Shown here one piece after another: positions 49,901 through 64,000 of a DNA stretch of 64,000 nt. This DNA comes from Gnetum montanum. Taxonomy: Eukaryota > Plantae > Gnetophyta. Within the stretch, counting starts at the first letter, position 1. Every line of letters starts with the position of its first letter. A program made the position numbers and the translations under genes. The stretch covers positions 477,751 through 541,750 of the forward strand of contig MNCI01003159.1 in NCBI GenBank assembly GCA_015680685.1, in the 5' to 3' direction. The notes beneath the pieces were generated by a model. It did not search any database. It saw only the letters and a program-made list of their open reading frames with translations, and was not told where the DNA came from.

Positions 49901-52900
49901 ATTCACATTTAGGTGATGAATATGCGACCATACACCAAGCGTTTTGATAAAAAACAGAAATACTGAAGTTCAATTTGCATGATGAGTTGATGCTGTCAAC
50001 TGTGCCTCTAATGAGTTTAAGCACACATCCTCTAATCATTGGCATACAATGAACTGTATTTTACAAATTTAATATTGATAACGAATCATCATGTCATTGA
50101 GCCATGTTGTGATTGTTTCAGAAATGGCAATAAGGCTCCTCTTGCATGTCAGGCTCTTTGTGCATAACTTCTAGTTTTTCCAGGTTATTGACAAGCTTAT
50201 TTTTAGTGTTAGGCCAACCGTTTCAGTGCATAAGAGGTCTAGAACATTTTTCATGGTGTTTCAAGTGACAAGAATGAGAGTAAATATGTTTTAATGCATT
50301 CTTTAAGTGTTTCAGGTTCATTGCAAAGGAGTTTTCTGATTTTTGCCACTGCTAGCAACAAAGAGAAGTAACTATTTTTTTGGGTTCCTTACCATTACCT
50401 TGTTTGACATGATTATGGTTACAATGAAAACAAAGTTATGGAACAAGATCAAGAAAATTTGTTCATGGAAACTTCTTTTAAGGAATAAAAGACAGAGACA
50501 TCTCTGGATTGTCTAAAATCTCTGTGAATTTCATTTTGTTTAAGGAATATTAATAAAAAATTCCACCAAAAGTTCACAGAAGATTGTGCAATTTTTCTCA
50601 AATTAGAAATAAAGAAAATTATAATAGCACAAATCATGTTAGATGCTTCAGTTCATAGTTGTGGAAAAATTTTAAAAACATGAAAATAAAGGGAAAATAA
50701 TTTTTAAGAATTATCTGTTTTTATGATTTCTTAAATCATAATAATTTCAAAAATAGGTCGACATGTTCATAATAAGCTTTAAAATGGACTTTTTATTCCA
50801 ATTAGGAAAAAGAAATATGTGATGCTTGTTGCTGAAGGGTGTATTTATATATAAAACTATAATACAAACCTAAAGTTCTGTTTCTGACTAATTGTTAAAG
50901 TAGTGGCCCTGATAATTGTTGGTTAAATTTTGCTAACACTGGTTGAGCTTTTTTTTTTTAAAATTATGCGCTGGATTTAGGTTTACATTTTACTCTTTTT
51001 TTCCATTTTTAAGGGAAGATTTCCAGTTTTATTTGTCCTTTAATTTCTTGCTTCTTTTAGTTTCTATTAATGTTTGGTGTTTTTAAATGCTTATTTCAGT
51101 TTTTTTCGTATTTTTGTTGCAAAATACAATTTTGTTTTGTGAAAAATGATGTAATGCAACTTCATATTTCATCTTTTGTTCTAATGGTGAAACTTGGCCC
51201 TAAATCCGTTCATACAAAATGTTCTAAGGAACAATGGTGAGATTGAGACAAATTAAAATATTATTATGGCATATAGATGCAAAAGGATTTATTGGCCCAA
51301 TTGGTTTGCATAAATCACTTGGTTAGAGTGTGTGGCTAGTAGTTGTTCAAGTGACAGGTTTGATTTCAAAGGGGCTATACTAATACACCTTCAACTTGAG
51401 GCACAGTGAAGGACTATGGCATTAGGTAAATAGCTGGCCATAGAAAAGTATCTTCAATTTATCTGCCTACCTTTAAAAGTTAGCCCATGTTGTTGGGATA
51501 AAGACATCATGACAACGACGACATTAGTATCAGTGTTTCCAAAGTCTATTAAATGTATCTAAAACATATGTAGTTTGAGCGCATATTCAAGATATTGAGC
51601 TAATACCAATGGTGATATATTGACTGAATAATTCATATAGAGTTGTACTTGAACTATTCCATTTGTATCTTAAAAAGTTAGTTGCATAGCACTTCAATAC
51701 AATATGTTGTTTTTTTATTACCAATGATAGACAGCCTATATACTTGATATTCTTGCTGAACATTTTCCTATCTTTTAATTTTCATACTTTAAGGTGATAA
51801 AATCACATTCTTATTTTGCTAATTAATGTTTCCATCCCAGATGGAAGTTGCTGCATGGAAATATTCTACAGTTTTTATTATTTGACAGTCGCTCCAAATT
51901 TTCATATTCATAAAATCTTCTTTATAGCCATTTGCCAATGCGCACCTGAAAATAATTAGAAAAAAAAAAAAAACATTTTGGAGTCGGATTCATATCTCCA
52001 TAATGACCCCTAGCCTATTGTGGGTCTTACACGCAGGTAACGCCAAGGGTAGAACCTATTTGAAAGAAGATTTTATTGGCAAACAACATTTTATGGAACT
52101 ACCACTTTGGGCTTTTTTTATTTCATGGCACATCCAAATTTCAAACGAATGATATTATTGACACAAGCATTTCCAAATTGCTTATGTTTTTGTTAATGAT
52201 GCAGCATATTGCATTCAGAGCTATTTGTTAGTTTACAGTGTCATCGTATGAATAGTAGTTTTTTTGAAAAAATTTATTTCATGTCATAAAGCTTATGTGC
52301 TTTCACGCTGAGCAGTTAGAAGATTTTTAATTATCTCTTTACTTTTCTATGCATGTAAGTTATTGCCCATCTTAAATTTATGATGCTCTATTAGTTCTCA
52401 AAAGTATTTATCTATCTTGAAAGAATTTTTCTTGTTATATTTTTGCAGGTTGGGCAACATTATTTAGCTTCAGGTTGGAAACAAGAACTGATTAGGGTTT
52501 CAGAACTTATTGAACGAATCCAATCAAGTGAGCAATCATCTACAGAAATTTCATACCTTGCACAACATCCTCTGTTTGATCAGGTTGTTTTTGTGTTGTA
52601 GCTTATGAAATCACATTTAATCTTCAGATGTTGGTTGGTATTTTTAATATATTCATGGATGCTTTTTGGTTACTAGATATCCCAACTACGTGATGATATT
52701 TTAATTCCTGATTACTGCCATGCAAGTGGTGGAGAAATGCAGTCAGTGAATGCATGGTTTGGCCCAACTGGGACTGTCACCCCACTTCACCATGACCCTC
52801 ATCACAATCTTCTGGCTCAGGTGATCACTGTCATATTTGGAGTGTTTTCAATAATTTTTTTTGCTAATAATTTGAGAAGAAATATTCATGTACCTCTCCA

Positions 52901-55900
52901 TAAGGTCATCCCTAAGCATCCTTTTCCAGCCATTTGTTCTAATCATAAATGACATAAAATTATAAGAGTCCTGGCATGGTGAGACCTCTTACTGGAGATC
53001 CAAGTCCCAAATCCTATTTAATATAAAATATTTATTAACAAATGAAGAAAAGTAGTGTATACATAATCTATAACATAATAATTACTGCTGCTAATCAGTT
53101 TGATGTGTGGGAACTCGTGACTTTTACAGACACAAACTTAGATGTTGTGATCATCTAGATGGCTTATCTTAAGTCATAGGAGTTGGATAAGTAATACACA
53201 AGTAATTTAAAAATATTGTGAATGAAATAATATCCGTAAATATAGGTTAAAATAAATAACTTAATATAGATGCAGAAGTATAATTAAAGGAAATAAATCG
53301 GTTGTTCACTGTTTCTTTAATATGTTTCCTTCTTTAAAGTCCCGTTATTCTTATTCTAGATGCCTCCACCCTCTCAGATGTTCCCTTGCGAAGGTCTTAT
53401 TTGAGGCTATGAGAGACCTTATTGAATAATTTTCACATGCAGGAGGTTCTAAATTATATATTTCTTCTCTACAGTATACATTTTGGTTATTGCATTCTGT
53501 AAGCAAAGATGCATCAAAATTTGTCTTCTTTGTACAGATTGTAATGTGTGTCATGACATGAACACACAATTTTTATGCCTAAACGCACAACTTTTTGTAA
53601 TTTCTTGCAGGCAGTAGGCAGAAAATATGTAAGATTATATCCAGCATCTGTCTCGGAAGCTTTGCATCCATATGCAGAACCTATGCTGAAAAATTCTAGC
53701 CAGGTTAGCAAATAGTAATGAAGTAAGCAAATAGTTTTGAAAATGGCTCATTAGTTATTTATCTAGAGATCCAACAAAACATACTAGTGTGTTTCTCTAT
53801 AGAAAAATTCATAATTCAGTAACTTACACACAAAGGTTCTATTTTGTTGCATAGAATTGTTAATTGTTGACCTTCAAATATCATATATTAGTTTGACTGT
53901 AATTTCTGCCATCCATGGCTGTGGTTATATGCTGCAGTATCTTTCATGGGATGGGCTGGTTACTGAAAAATGGGATAACTGAAATCGAATCATGTTTTTA
54001 AGGCCATGCCGAGACTCTAGGGACTTATTGTATAGAATTCAGTCTGAAATGATTTCCTTTACAGTTTGTCTGTACCTCAGTGCAACCTGCTGGGATTGAA
54101 GTCACAAACCTTACCAACAACTGTACAACTTTATTCCAAAGATTATTTGAGAGAATAGCTATCATGGTAAAACTGCATATTTCTGTATCTTATAAGTAGT
54201 GCATCAATAGTGACTTAAGAGAAAGAGCATTCAGAGTTTGATTTTGAAATTTTCTATTTTAATAATTCACAATTGGATGGATACATGGAAATAATAAACA
54301 ATCACAGCACTGATTTAATACTTGCACAGTTTGATAACTAGGTGAGATGCATCGTCGCTCGTCAAGAACATTGTGCACACTGAAGCACCTCCCAGGAAGT
54401 TAGAGAATTTTGCTCTGATCTTTTATTTATCTATTACGCATCAATGTGTGACCCTTCCCCTCCAGATTGTGCAATGATTAGCTAGGGATACATATATATT
54501 ATTCATCCTCTGAGAATGTTCAGACCTTAATATGCAGGGCCTTTCACCCAGTGACTTGTAGATGTGACTGCTTAACATTTCCTTTATCAGTGAACCATGC
54601 AGGAAATTATTCAGTACAAGTATGCTACAATAGCAGAATAAAGCAATTGATATCTTTGCTGCATGTGTTGCTCAATTTTAACAGTAGAAGCCTATAGGTA
54701 CCTTTACCTTGTGCATGTATCACTTCAATGTTGACCAATGTTATTTACTTTTTATGTTGATTTAGTATGGAAGCAACGGCTGTGGATTGAGGCCGTGCTC
54801 TACTGTGACACTAGCACTGCATGCTCATTGGTATAGCCTTTCTATTGACACTAGCATTCCGTGGTCCTCATGAGTGCCTCATGGCTTTAAACTATTGATT
54901 TTCGCTTCTCCTAATCTGAAACATGAAAGGAATAAACCACTTGGAATAACCCTTGCACGAGTTGCAAAATAACTCGTTTCGCCTTCCAGGTTTTTGGTGA
55001 CATCATTTCTCTTGCCGTATCGGTTTCCTCTTTATTCTTGTTTTCCTCTGCGATTCCAAAAAGGCGTTTTTCTGTGATTACATTTGTGAAAAGACTACTT
55101 TTGAAAATTTCATATGATGCCCTTTGGATTTGGTCAAAATGATATTTCAGTTGACAAACCTTAATAGAAAATGACGCTGCAAATTCCTTTCGTTGGATTA
55201 CTGCCCTCGTTACACAAAATCGAGCAAAAACTTTGCCGCTTTTTAGTCATGTGCACACGAGCAACAACGCCATAATATATATATATATATATAAATTTTT
55301 TAACTTTTTATTTTTAAAGTAGGAAACTAGTTCAAGCATTAGAGTTTCAATGAATTTTCAAATCCAGACGAGGAATGCTCTGGTTCGTTGATTTTTACTA
55401 TTGAGGGAGCTTGCAGTGGAGCAGCAGGTTTTGATAGTTGACTGTTTAGGAATCATTGCAGTGTTGATGTAGTCTTTAGACCGTATCCAACGTATTTCTA
55501 TGTCACAAATATGATTTTGTGGCCAAACGTCGTCAGCTTGATCTTCCTTAACCAGAAGATAAGTAGATATCTAGAAGTCAGTCTAAACTACAGAAAAATG
55601 TTATGACATTGCACCACAAACAAAATTCACAGGTGCATGGCTGATTAGGGCTTTGACTTCAAAGCCTCGTCACACAAAACGCTCTAGTAGGTGAAGCTTC
55701 TTCCTAGTAAAACAGAGTTTTATCAACTAGCGCCGATTACTGCCGAGTGCTGAGCCACAAAAATTGCATTCCTCTTTTGAATGAGCATCGAGGCAACCAT
55801 TAAAGTGCAAGCTATGTAGGATTTTTGTATACGATCCCCATTGGATCAAAAGAGACACTACGTACTCATTCCTTCAAAATAGAACGCCACTACCGCCTTT

Positions 55901-56631
55901 TTACATTTCAACTTCTGAAAGGTGAGCTTCTGATCTACTTGCCTTCCGCAGCTACTGAGTTCCATGGCGAAATACCCACTTTGTTCCCTTGAAGCCTCTC
56001 AACAGAGATTCAATTTCTGTAAATTTCCAGTTGCACTCCAATCTGCCAATGATATGGTACCTTAATAGTTCAGATCCAACGAGTTGGTAGTTTAATTGAA
56101 GGTTCATGGTGTGCTAGCCAATAATAAGTTCAAACCTCTAGCTATACGTTGTGCTTTTGTATTTGTATGTTAAAAAGAATCAGGTTGCTTCATTCTGGGG
56201 TCGCGTATGGTTAGTGGTTTTTGTTGTTAGCGATAAAAATTTCACTCTATGAATCAAGCTTGAACATTACATTCTGCGATGTACGTAATAACAGTGCAGC
56301 AATGATTCTTCAACAAATTAATCCTGAAACTTGTCCTTTTCCTTTTGGTAAAAAGGAGAAAACAAAGCTATCCTGCATTTTCATAGCTTCTGTTGTTACG
56401 AACTACATTTTATTTTTTTGAAATGGCATCATAATTCTGCAGGTTGACCTGGATAATTTGGATTCAACGAAGTACCCCGAAATATTAAACCTCTCCTTTA
56501 TGGATTCAATACTGGAGGAAGGTGAAATGTTATATATACCACCGAAATGGTGGCATTATGTCAGGTCGCTTTCTACAAGTTTGTCCGTTAGCTTTTGGTG
56601 GAATGCAGAAAGCAGAGATGATAGCAAATGA
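46967..56631 (+). CDS. JMJ30: JmjC 2-oxoglutarate dioxygenase, JMJD5/KDM8 (JMJ30-type), 452 aa; exons 46967-47554, 47905-48114, 52449-52583, 52677-52820, 53611-53703, 56443-56631
   Basis: All introns are GT-AG and phase 0, and the spliced frame is open. N-terminal [32 protein letters not shown]. JmjC motifs [39 protein letters not shown] (HxD), [19 protein letters not shown] (H), SVSFWW. The exon 1 donor at 47555 is the least certain junction. Confidence 0.95.
51313..51370 (+). mobile_element. Degenerate tRNA-derived SINE-like head in intron 2
   Basis: A-box-like TCACTTGGTTAGAGTG and B-box-like GGTTTGATTTC with tRNA-like spacing. Confidence 0.4.
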
Positions 56632-57799
56632 AGAACTCTGAAATTAAAGATACACGGCAGTTTTTAAACTTTGTTTATTATTATTTTATTAACTTGGCAA
56701 TTGTTGTACTGCGTTAATGTAAAAAGTCACCATCATTGAATCCTTGCTCTTTCCGCAAGGTATTTTGCGCACTGAAATTATTATTATTGGTGGTAGAATC
56801 CACACATGTAATCTGTTTCCTGAACATGCAAAATGTGAAGTTCTCTTCTTATCAAATGTTTTACCGTACCAGGATTGCATGATGCAATTAGGATTACTTT
56901 TTGGCTATGAATCGGCAGCTGGAGATTTTATTACCTCGGTAGACAGGTAGATCCTTGAATATAAAATGAATTGCTATAATAGATCCAAACTTGAAGTGTT
57001 ATGATCTTTTCTACCATGTATCTGTTAAAACTGGATGTAATGGTTAAAACGGTGCTTGGTGATCCACTTGATGTCCTCCATCTACGGCTACTTTTTCTCA
57101 CATTGCTGCCGAGTGAAATTGAAAGCGGCAACCAGCGATCCAAAGTGGTAGAAAGCATCAATTACCTTATGAATATCAATTTAATTGTGTTGGTTTAGTC
57201 TTTAGTTGTTCCATAAACTTCATATTTTTAAGACTGTCTTGCACACAAGCATTGAAGTCTAAATAATATGTTAAATCAATAGCAAATAACTAAAGTTATG
57301 GTAAGTCAAAGCATTTGGTTGTTCGAAGGCATTTTATACTATGAAGTATCTCTATTGAAAGGTTATTTCTATGTGCTGATTGGTTGAAGTTATTTTACAT
57401 TTGTATCATTGGCTATCTATAGTAGCATAATTAGTATAATAAAGTGTTTATTCATATAGTTATCACTTTGTGTCTAAGTGTTAGCATGAGAACGATTATT
57501 TATTGCCAAATCTTTAAGACAGATTTAATATTGATGAGATAAATGGAAATAGGATAGGTGAAAAAGTAATTGAAAACAAATTAGGTATGGTAGGTTTTTA
57601 GCATCTTGTGGTTTCCATTATTACTTTATGACATATCCCTATTATTACTTAAATATTAATCTTTATGCTAATTATGTTTTTAAATTGTTTTATAAATTTT
57701 ATTATTTTTAAAATATTAATGATGCTTTTTTATTATTAATTTTCTTTTAAAAACTAGTCATATAAATTAGTTGAGTTATGATAAGGTATTTGACTTGAT

Positions 57800-58750
57800 T
57801 AGGATGTATGGCTTCTCCTTGTTGCTTCCTTTTGGGCTTTCCCTTTGGTATCCATCTCTTTGTTTCATAATCCTGCAAAACATTATTGGCTTTTCTCTAC
57901 ATAGGAATTAACTAAGGTACATAATGAAATTAGAATCTCTAAATGGACAATAAGCCTTGATATGTTCACCTTGTTGATAATGAAAGCAAGCCTTAGATCT
58001 TGGAAATCTTGCGGGTAAGGAACGAATATACTTGGATTTATGGTTTTCTTTTGATCCAAATGTGGATCCATTGGAGTAGTTCATCATGTTGGATTTGTGC
58101 CCTTGTCCACTTTTGTCATTAAGTCTCCTTCCTTGCTAACAAAAGTCTCCTTCCTTGCTAAAGTATTTGATCAAGTGATGCTTGGCCAATGGCAAACTTT
58201 TCAGCAACCTACTAGTCTTCTTGTGTAACTCCTCAACTTCTTTCTTAAGTACTATGTTCTCCCTTAGGAGTGAGTTGTTGATCTTTATCAATTCTTCTTC
58301 CTTGTGGTCTAGCAACTTTAGAGGCTCATTCAAAGCTATTAGCTCACCAATCTTAGCCTTTAGGGCCATGACTTCACTTGTTAGGGTTAAACATGAGTTT
58401 CTCTCTAACTCATGTTGGTGCAATTTGCTCTTAAATTTAAGACAAATTTGTTGCAATTTGACAAAGATTTCTTTAAGACAATCATACCATTCCTTGATGG
58501 TATCAATCTCCTCTTCATTGCTTGAATCTCCTTCTTCTAGAAGTGAGAAAGCTATGGCCATGAATGCAAGATGAGAGTTGCAAGTATCATCTTCCTCCAC
58601 TTCTATTTCGCTAGCCTCCTCTTCTTTATTCCATTTGTTGACAATGGATTTTCCTTTTTCTTTTAACTTGGCTTCATCCTACAATCTCTTGGCACTTGGA
58701 CATTTTGAGGCAAGATGTCCTCATCCATTGCATACCCAACTAATAAATTA
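57800..58750 (-). pseudogene. SIRE-like copia gag C-terminal remnant
   Basis: Zinc knuckle remnant (CNG*GHLASKCP), acidic stretch plus LAFMA, coiled coil, KFAIGQASLDQIL and RWIPK motifs. Cut at 58750 by an Athila LTR. Confidence 0.75.
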
Positions 58751-61700
58751 TGATTTTCAATGGCTATGATATTGGGCATTCGATATTGGATCCTCGATAT
58801 TGGGGCACAAGCTTCGATGTTGGATATTCGATCTCGCTCCACACGTGCTTGCTTATAAATAAGACACTTAGGTGCATGATTGAACAACTTTTTCATTCCA
58901 TCCTTAGACTCTTGCAGTTTGTTTTCGTAGCTTTAGCAATAGAGAGTGAATGCTTGCAATGTGATGTTGAGCAGTTGTCCAGAGTCTTTATTCAAGTGAA
59001 GTGTACTTGGGCATAGTTCATGATGGAAATAAAGATCGAGACTACTTTCCATCATTGCAGCATCCACTTAGCTTTATTGTTTTACTTAGCATAATTCTTA
59101 CTATTTTCCTAGTTTAATTGAGTTCCTTACTTTCCTTATTCCTAGTAAAGTGGAATGAGTATGATTGGTTTCGGGCATTAAGTGTAATCATTTGATAACC
59201 CAGTAGTGGTTTTACTTGATTCGCTCAGTAGTGAACTCACTTGCTAATCCCAATAATGGTTACATGAGCCCAAGGTGTGTACAACAAGCTAGGAATGGAT
59301 GCTCATTGCTTTAGGCTAGAGTAGATTGTTTTATTGTTTTCCTTAGACTTAGAATCATTTTCACACTTTACCATCATAGCTAGGAGTTATGGCCTACCAA
59401 CATCAATATATCATACACCTTGCTAAGAGCTAAACCATATCCATAGATTATATTGGCTCCACGAGGGAAGACAACGATCTTGAACTTTAACCAATTACTA
59501 GCATAATCACATTGCCTCATCCACAGATTGTGATCGGGCTATGTGTGAACACTTGTATCTTGTGTGGTTGGATGTTGGATTACTCCACTGCTCATCATTG
59601 GCATTGTTGCTAGGGACAAGTCAATGTATGCTTAGTAATTGATTTCACAAAGTTTGTTGTACTTGAAATACCAAGTTAAACTTTGTAATTCTAAGAAAAA
59701 TCACACTTAAAATAAACGTCTAAAAATACAATATGGCTTCAAACAAAAATACAACATCACTTGGCAAGGAACTACGGAGAAGTAGTGACGAGATCAAAGA
59801 AGAAGAAGACTAGAGTATGTCAATGCAGACAAGGATTTTATATGCTCATCGTGATCCTTACTATCCCAATTTCACATTCATCTTTCATTAGGATGGTCAA
59901 TTAAGGTGAAGGGATCTTCAAGGAAACATTGTTCTATGATTGAAACATTCAGCATCCCTTATGCTCCAAACTACTCTCAAGGGAATGAAACTAAGTGAAG
60001 CAATTTGAGGGTATCATGAAACTAAATACATGACTCGACTATATGAACCTACTAATGAGCAGTTAAGGAAGGACCATGCCATGGAGGCAAGACATGAACA
60101 AGACAAAGGAAAGATAGTTAGTTCTATTGTTGTCTTAGAGGAGCTTGATGGAGATGCGTTCATTATTGAATAACTCCATCACAATCATGAGTTTTGGTCA
60201 CAAACACCTATCATTCGATTAGATGAACCTATAAGGAATAAATCACATTGAGAATTAGCAAAGATGCTTAGGCAGGAGGCAAAAGACTCAAGGCACAAGC
60301 GGGACTCAAGGCCAAGAGTTCCTATTGGATCCCATAGAGAAGAACATCAGAGTCATCATAGGAGGACAATCTAGCATCATTCTTCTACAGCCTCACTTGC
60401 ATCCTCATGATCATCAAAAGACTTTGATAGAAGGAGGAAAAAGTACAAGGACCATAACAGGGAAGAGAAGAGAACTTATGACCACTATGACCATCATGAT
60501 TTTTACTTAGGATGTTCCAATTCAGAAGATGAAGAGTATGAGCAATGTAGATGAAGGGATCATAGAAATTATGAAAGGGATGAGCATAGAAGGGTATATT
60601 GAATAGAGTGCATGAACCTAATCAAGACAATGAACCCCTGATGACAACTCGTAGCATGATCAACATCTAGAAATTTGTTCACATTCCAACTAGGCATGTG
60701 GAAGATAGCCGAATTAAACGACTTGACATGAACAACATGCAAAGATTTGAAGGTGGCTACAATGCTAATTTGCAACATCACCTTCAAGCTTTCCATGATG
60801 CTTGTGCCCTACAAAATATCAAAAGTGACTAGCAAAAGTTAAAGTTATTTTCTAGAATACTTGTGAAGGAGGTAGAGAGCTAGTATAGGTCACTAGAACC
60901 TGAATTAATTAGATGTTGGGGGTACCATGCTAGAACTCTTTAATGATAAATATCAAACTTATTCATGAGTGTCCAACTTAAGAAAATAGATCTAGGGATG
61001 GAACCAAGGGACTTATGAGACCCTTGATGTAGCAATGGATAGATACTATTCATGGTTGCACAAATGCCCAGGCCATGGATTTTCACCAAGGGAACAACTC
61101 AGGCACATTGTAGATGGGTTGTGGAGCAAAACCAAAGAAAGTCTTGGGGTTTATGCCCAAGGTAGATTATTAGAACTAGTTGCCCATCACATCCAGAGAC
61201 TAATTGAACAAGTTGCAAAGGAGGAAGGAGAACTTAAGAAGAGAGAGTCAGCTGAAGAATATAATAGAGATTCATCAATTAGGAAGAAAGATGTGTGGTT
61301 ATGTAACAAGAAAGAGGATGAAACCTTGGAAGACATCATCCAAAAAGACTCTACCTATTCAAAGATCAGTCAATGATATAGTGGCTAAGGTAGAGAAAGT
61401 TTGGGACTTAGTGGATGAAAAATTTGCTATAGTCGTAAAGATTATGGAAGAAAAGGTTGAACAAGCACTTAATAGGGGCAAGAAAAGGAAGAAGAAAAGA
61501 GCTAATGGATGAGAAAGTTATAAGCACAAAGAAAAAGTTACTATTGTTGAAGGGTACACTAACTCTAGTTCAGAGGAAGAGGAAGAATGCAATGTGTGCC
61601 AGTATGAACATCCTAAGGGATGTTGTCTTGTTATGGCCCATTTGCAAGAATCTGGGGTATATGCACTCAATCCAAGCTTTGTCAAAAAGCAAATGCCTAG

Positions 61701-64000
61701 AAGACTACCTTATCCTCAAGGTAATAATATTAGGAAAACTTTCCAATTTGACATATTACCCAAGTGAAGCCTACCCTTAACCATAGGAGCAATATTAGTA
61801 GCAGTGGTAACAACCAAAGACATGGGCAATGCCACCGCCAAGGCAACAATATTCATATAGGCAACTAGATCCTTATGGATATTACATCCAGCGTTCAATA
61901 TCTCCAAGAAACACATACATTTAGACTTCTTCTCTTTATTATCCACTAGAATACTATAGACCTACTACTCTAAGGATGGATTAGAGTCCTTGCACACATT
62001 TACCAATAGTTGGCCCATCAAATCCCCCTTTTAATCTGTTGCCACTAGGGCCACCACCCATTATGCAAGGGGAATTTCTATCACAACCACAAAAAAGGAG
62101 AGTTGCAAGGGTAGTGAACATACAAGTAGAGGATCCTACTAGCAACACTAAGGGTTAGACAAAGAAACATCCTTTCTTTAGGACAAGTCTAGAAAAGGCT
62201 AGTAGAATTAGAACTTCATTAAGACCAACTTCTCCTACATCAGATCCACCTACCAACAACAAGCTTTTGACACCATTTAACAAAAAAATGCAAACTATCA
62301 TTCTTATAGAAATAGTCATAGACTAGATTAAGGTAGGGTTACTCCGTAAGAAGAAAATTGATCTAGGAGTTCTTTTGATCTATTTACGAGTTGTTGGAAA
62401 TCTACTATGCAAAGCTCTACTAGACTCAGGTTCTAGGATGAATTTGATCTCTTTCGAAACATATCAAGCATGGAACCTCTCACCATTGAAGGAATGTAAT
62501 ATCAAGTTAGAGCTTGGAAATCAATTTGTTGCTATTCCCTTGGGATAGATTAAGGATGTGGTGACCACTATCAATGGGTGGCCTTATCCAGTAGACTTTT
62601 TGGTAATCAATGTGAAAGATACCAATGAGAAATTTCCAATTATCATGGGGAGAGCATGGCTTAGCACAATTGATGCTAAGCTAAGTATGAGAGATCTATC
62701 TATTGAGATCTTTAAAGAGGATAAGCATGGATCCATACACACATAGTGAATCCCATGCATTACTATTGAAAGAAAGGGTGCAATCATGGATCGATCATTC
62801 AGAACATCAACATAATTACCATACCAATCCACAACAATAGTGAAAAACAAGTGTGTGCAAAAGAAAGAGCAGGGACCACCAAATCAAAAGACACCTTGTG
62901 GCTAATAATTGAGAATATTTAATTGTCTAAAATATGCATGGAACAATTTGACTCATTTATTAATTCCCATTCTAAGGAAAAGACTCTAATTGAAAATCCA
63001 AAAATAAAAATACTAACTCATAATCATACATCAAAAAGGAAAGAAAACAAGGATTTAGACGATCAAAACTCAACTACCATCAAGATCACATGGGATAATA
63101 ATAGAAAAGTTAAATTAATAAAAATGGTAAATGAACCACTTTGAGTGTATGATCTAGTTACCTAGGGAGCATTTTCTGAACACTCGCCCATGAGTTTAGT
63201 TGTTAAGGAGACACCATACCTTAATTCTAGAATTAATAAGTGTTTTCCCATTTTTTGTTTTACAATTCTTTTTACTTTTCTTATTTCTTGATATAATTTT
63301 TCCCATTCTTTTATGTCTTTCACATTCTTTGACATCTTATTCTTTCACATCTTTTATTTCTTAAATTTTTGATATTCTTTAACATTTTTCATTCTATGAT
63401 ATTTTTTATTTTTTACACCTTTTTCATACTTTGTTTCTATTTCCTTTGTGCATAATTTTTTGATTGTTAATAAGACACATTAAGAATAAAGGCAAGATGT
63501 AGTCCGATAAGGTGAATATTTCTCTATGTTATCAAGTCATAAGGGATTGATTATTTGAACAGTGAGCCCACACCATCCCATTAATAAGAGGTTCTTACTA
63601 TGGCCATAATGATATTCTTTTTCATCATACCACTAAGAATAAACCTGTGATCATTATGCTTATATTGAAAAATGATGAACCAAGTGGGAATGTAAAGGGT
63701 GTGACATTAAGGGCATTTGTGGATTCTTTTGGATTACTGTTGTGAGTTCTATCATGTTGCTAAGGTTGTATTATATCATTGTAGATCTAATGAAAAATGG
63801 TAGTAAGAGTAAAATAAGTGCTACTTTGAAAGGTTGACATACTAAAAAAATAAAAGAAATAAAAGAGCATAGAATAAATTTTTGGGGGTATCACTGGAAA
63901 GACATGTTACCTATGCTTGAAGGTAGGTAGCTTCCCAGAAATCTAAAAAATAAAAAAGTGCCATGAATGAACTCCTCCCTTGGACAATATGCCAAGTGAT
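58751..64000 (+). mobile_element. Non-autonomous Athila-type element (gag plus protease, no RT), continuing past the window
   Basis: 5' LTR 58751-59597 ending CTCATCA; PBS TTGGCATTGTTGCTAGGGAC. gag ~59733-61500 (HHLQAFHDAC, CPGHGFS). Protease 62380-62746 (ALLDSGS, YPVDFLVI, PIIMGRAWL). From ~63150 it runs directly into the family's non-coding region, homologous to 24180-24810. Confidence 0.85.

Noticed and set aside
54911-55246. ~112-codon stop-free antisense frame in intron 5
   Set aside because: No early start codon and no recognisable motif; a frame this long is plausible by chance over the introns.

Overview
Plant nuclear DNA, most likely from a large-genome non-flowering vascular plant (inferred from TatII-type retrotransposons and multi-kb introns; species not identifiable here). 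About 1-44.8 kb is a deeply nested stack of decayed LTR retrotransposons: Athila-type elements (TGATGA...TCATCA LTRs, tRNA-Asp-type PBS), Tat-type elements (one with GAG-PR-aRH-RT-RH-INT order), and solo LTRs, one carrying a mitochondrial ribosomal mL53 fragment. An intact six-exon JmjC gene (JMJ30/JMJD5/KDM8 orthologue, 452 aa) lies at 46,967-56,631, followed by a SIRE-like gag remnant and another non-autonomous Athila element. Two observations stand out. (1) Non-autonomous Athila derivatives keep a 145-aa in-frame miniature of the long env-like ORF (N-terminus joined to a ~55-aa C-terminal domain) behind a TACTAAC branch point and acceptor. (2) A Tat element appears to carry a ~890-codon ORF in the U3 of its LTRs. 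All alignments were done by eye; no database searches were run.
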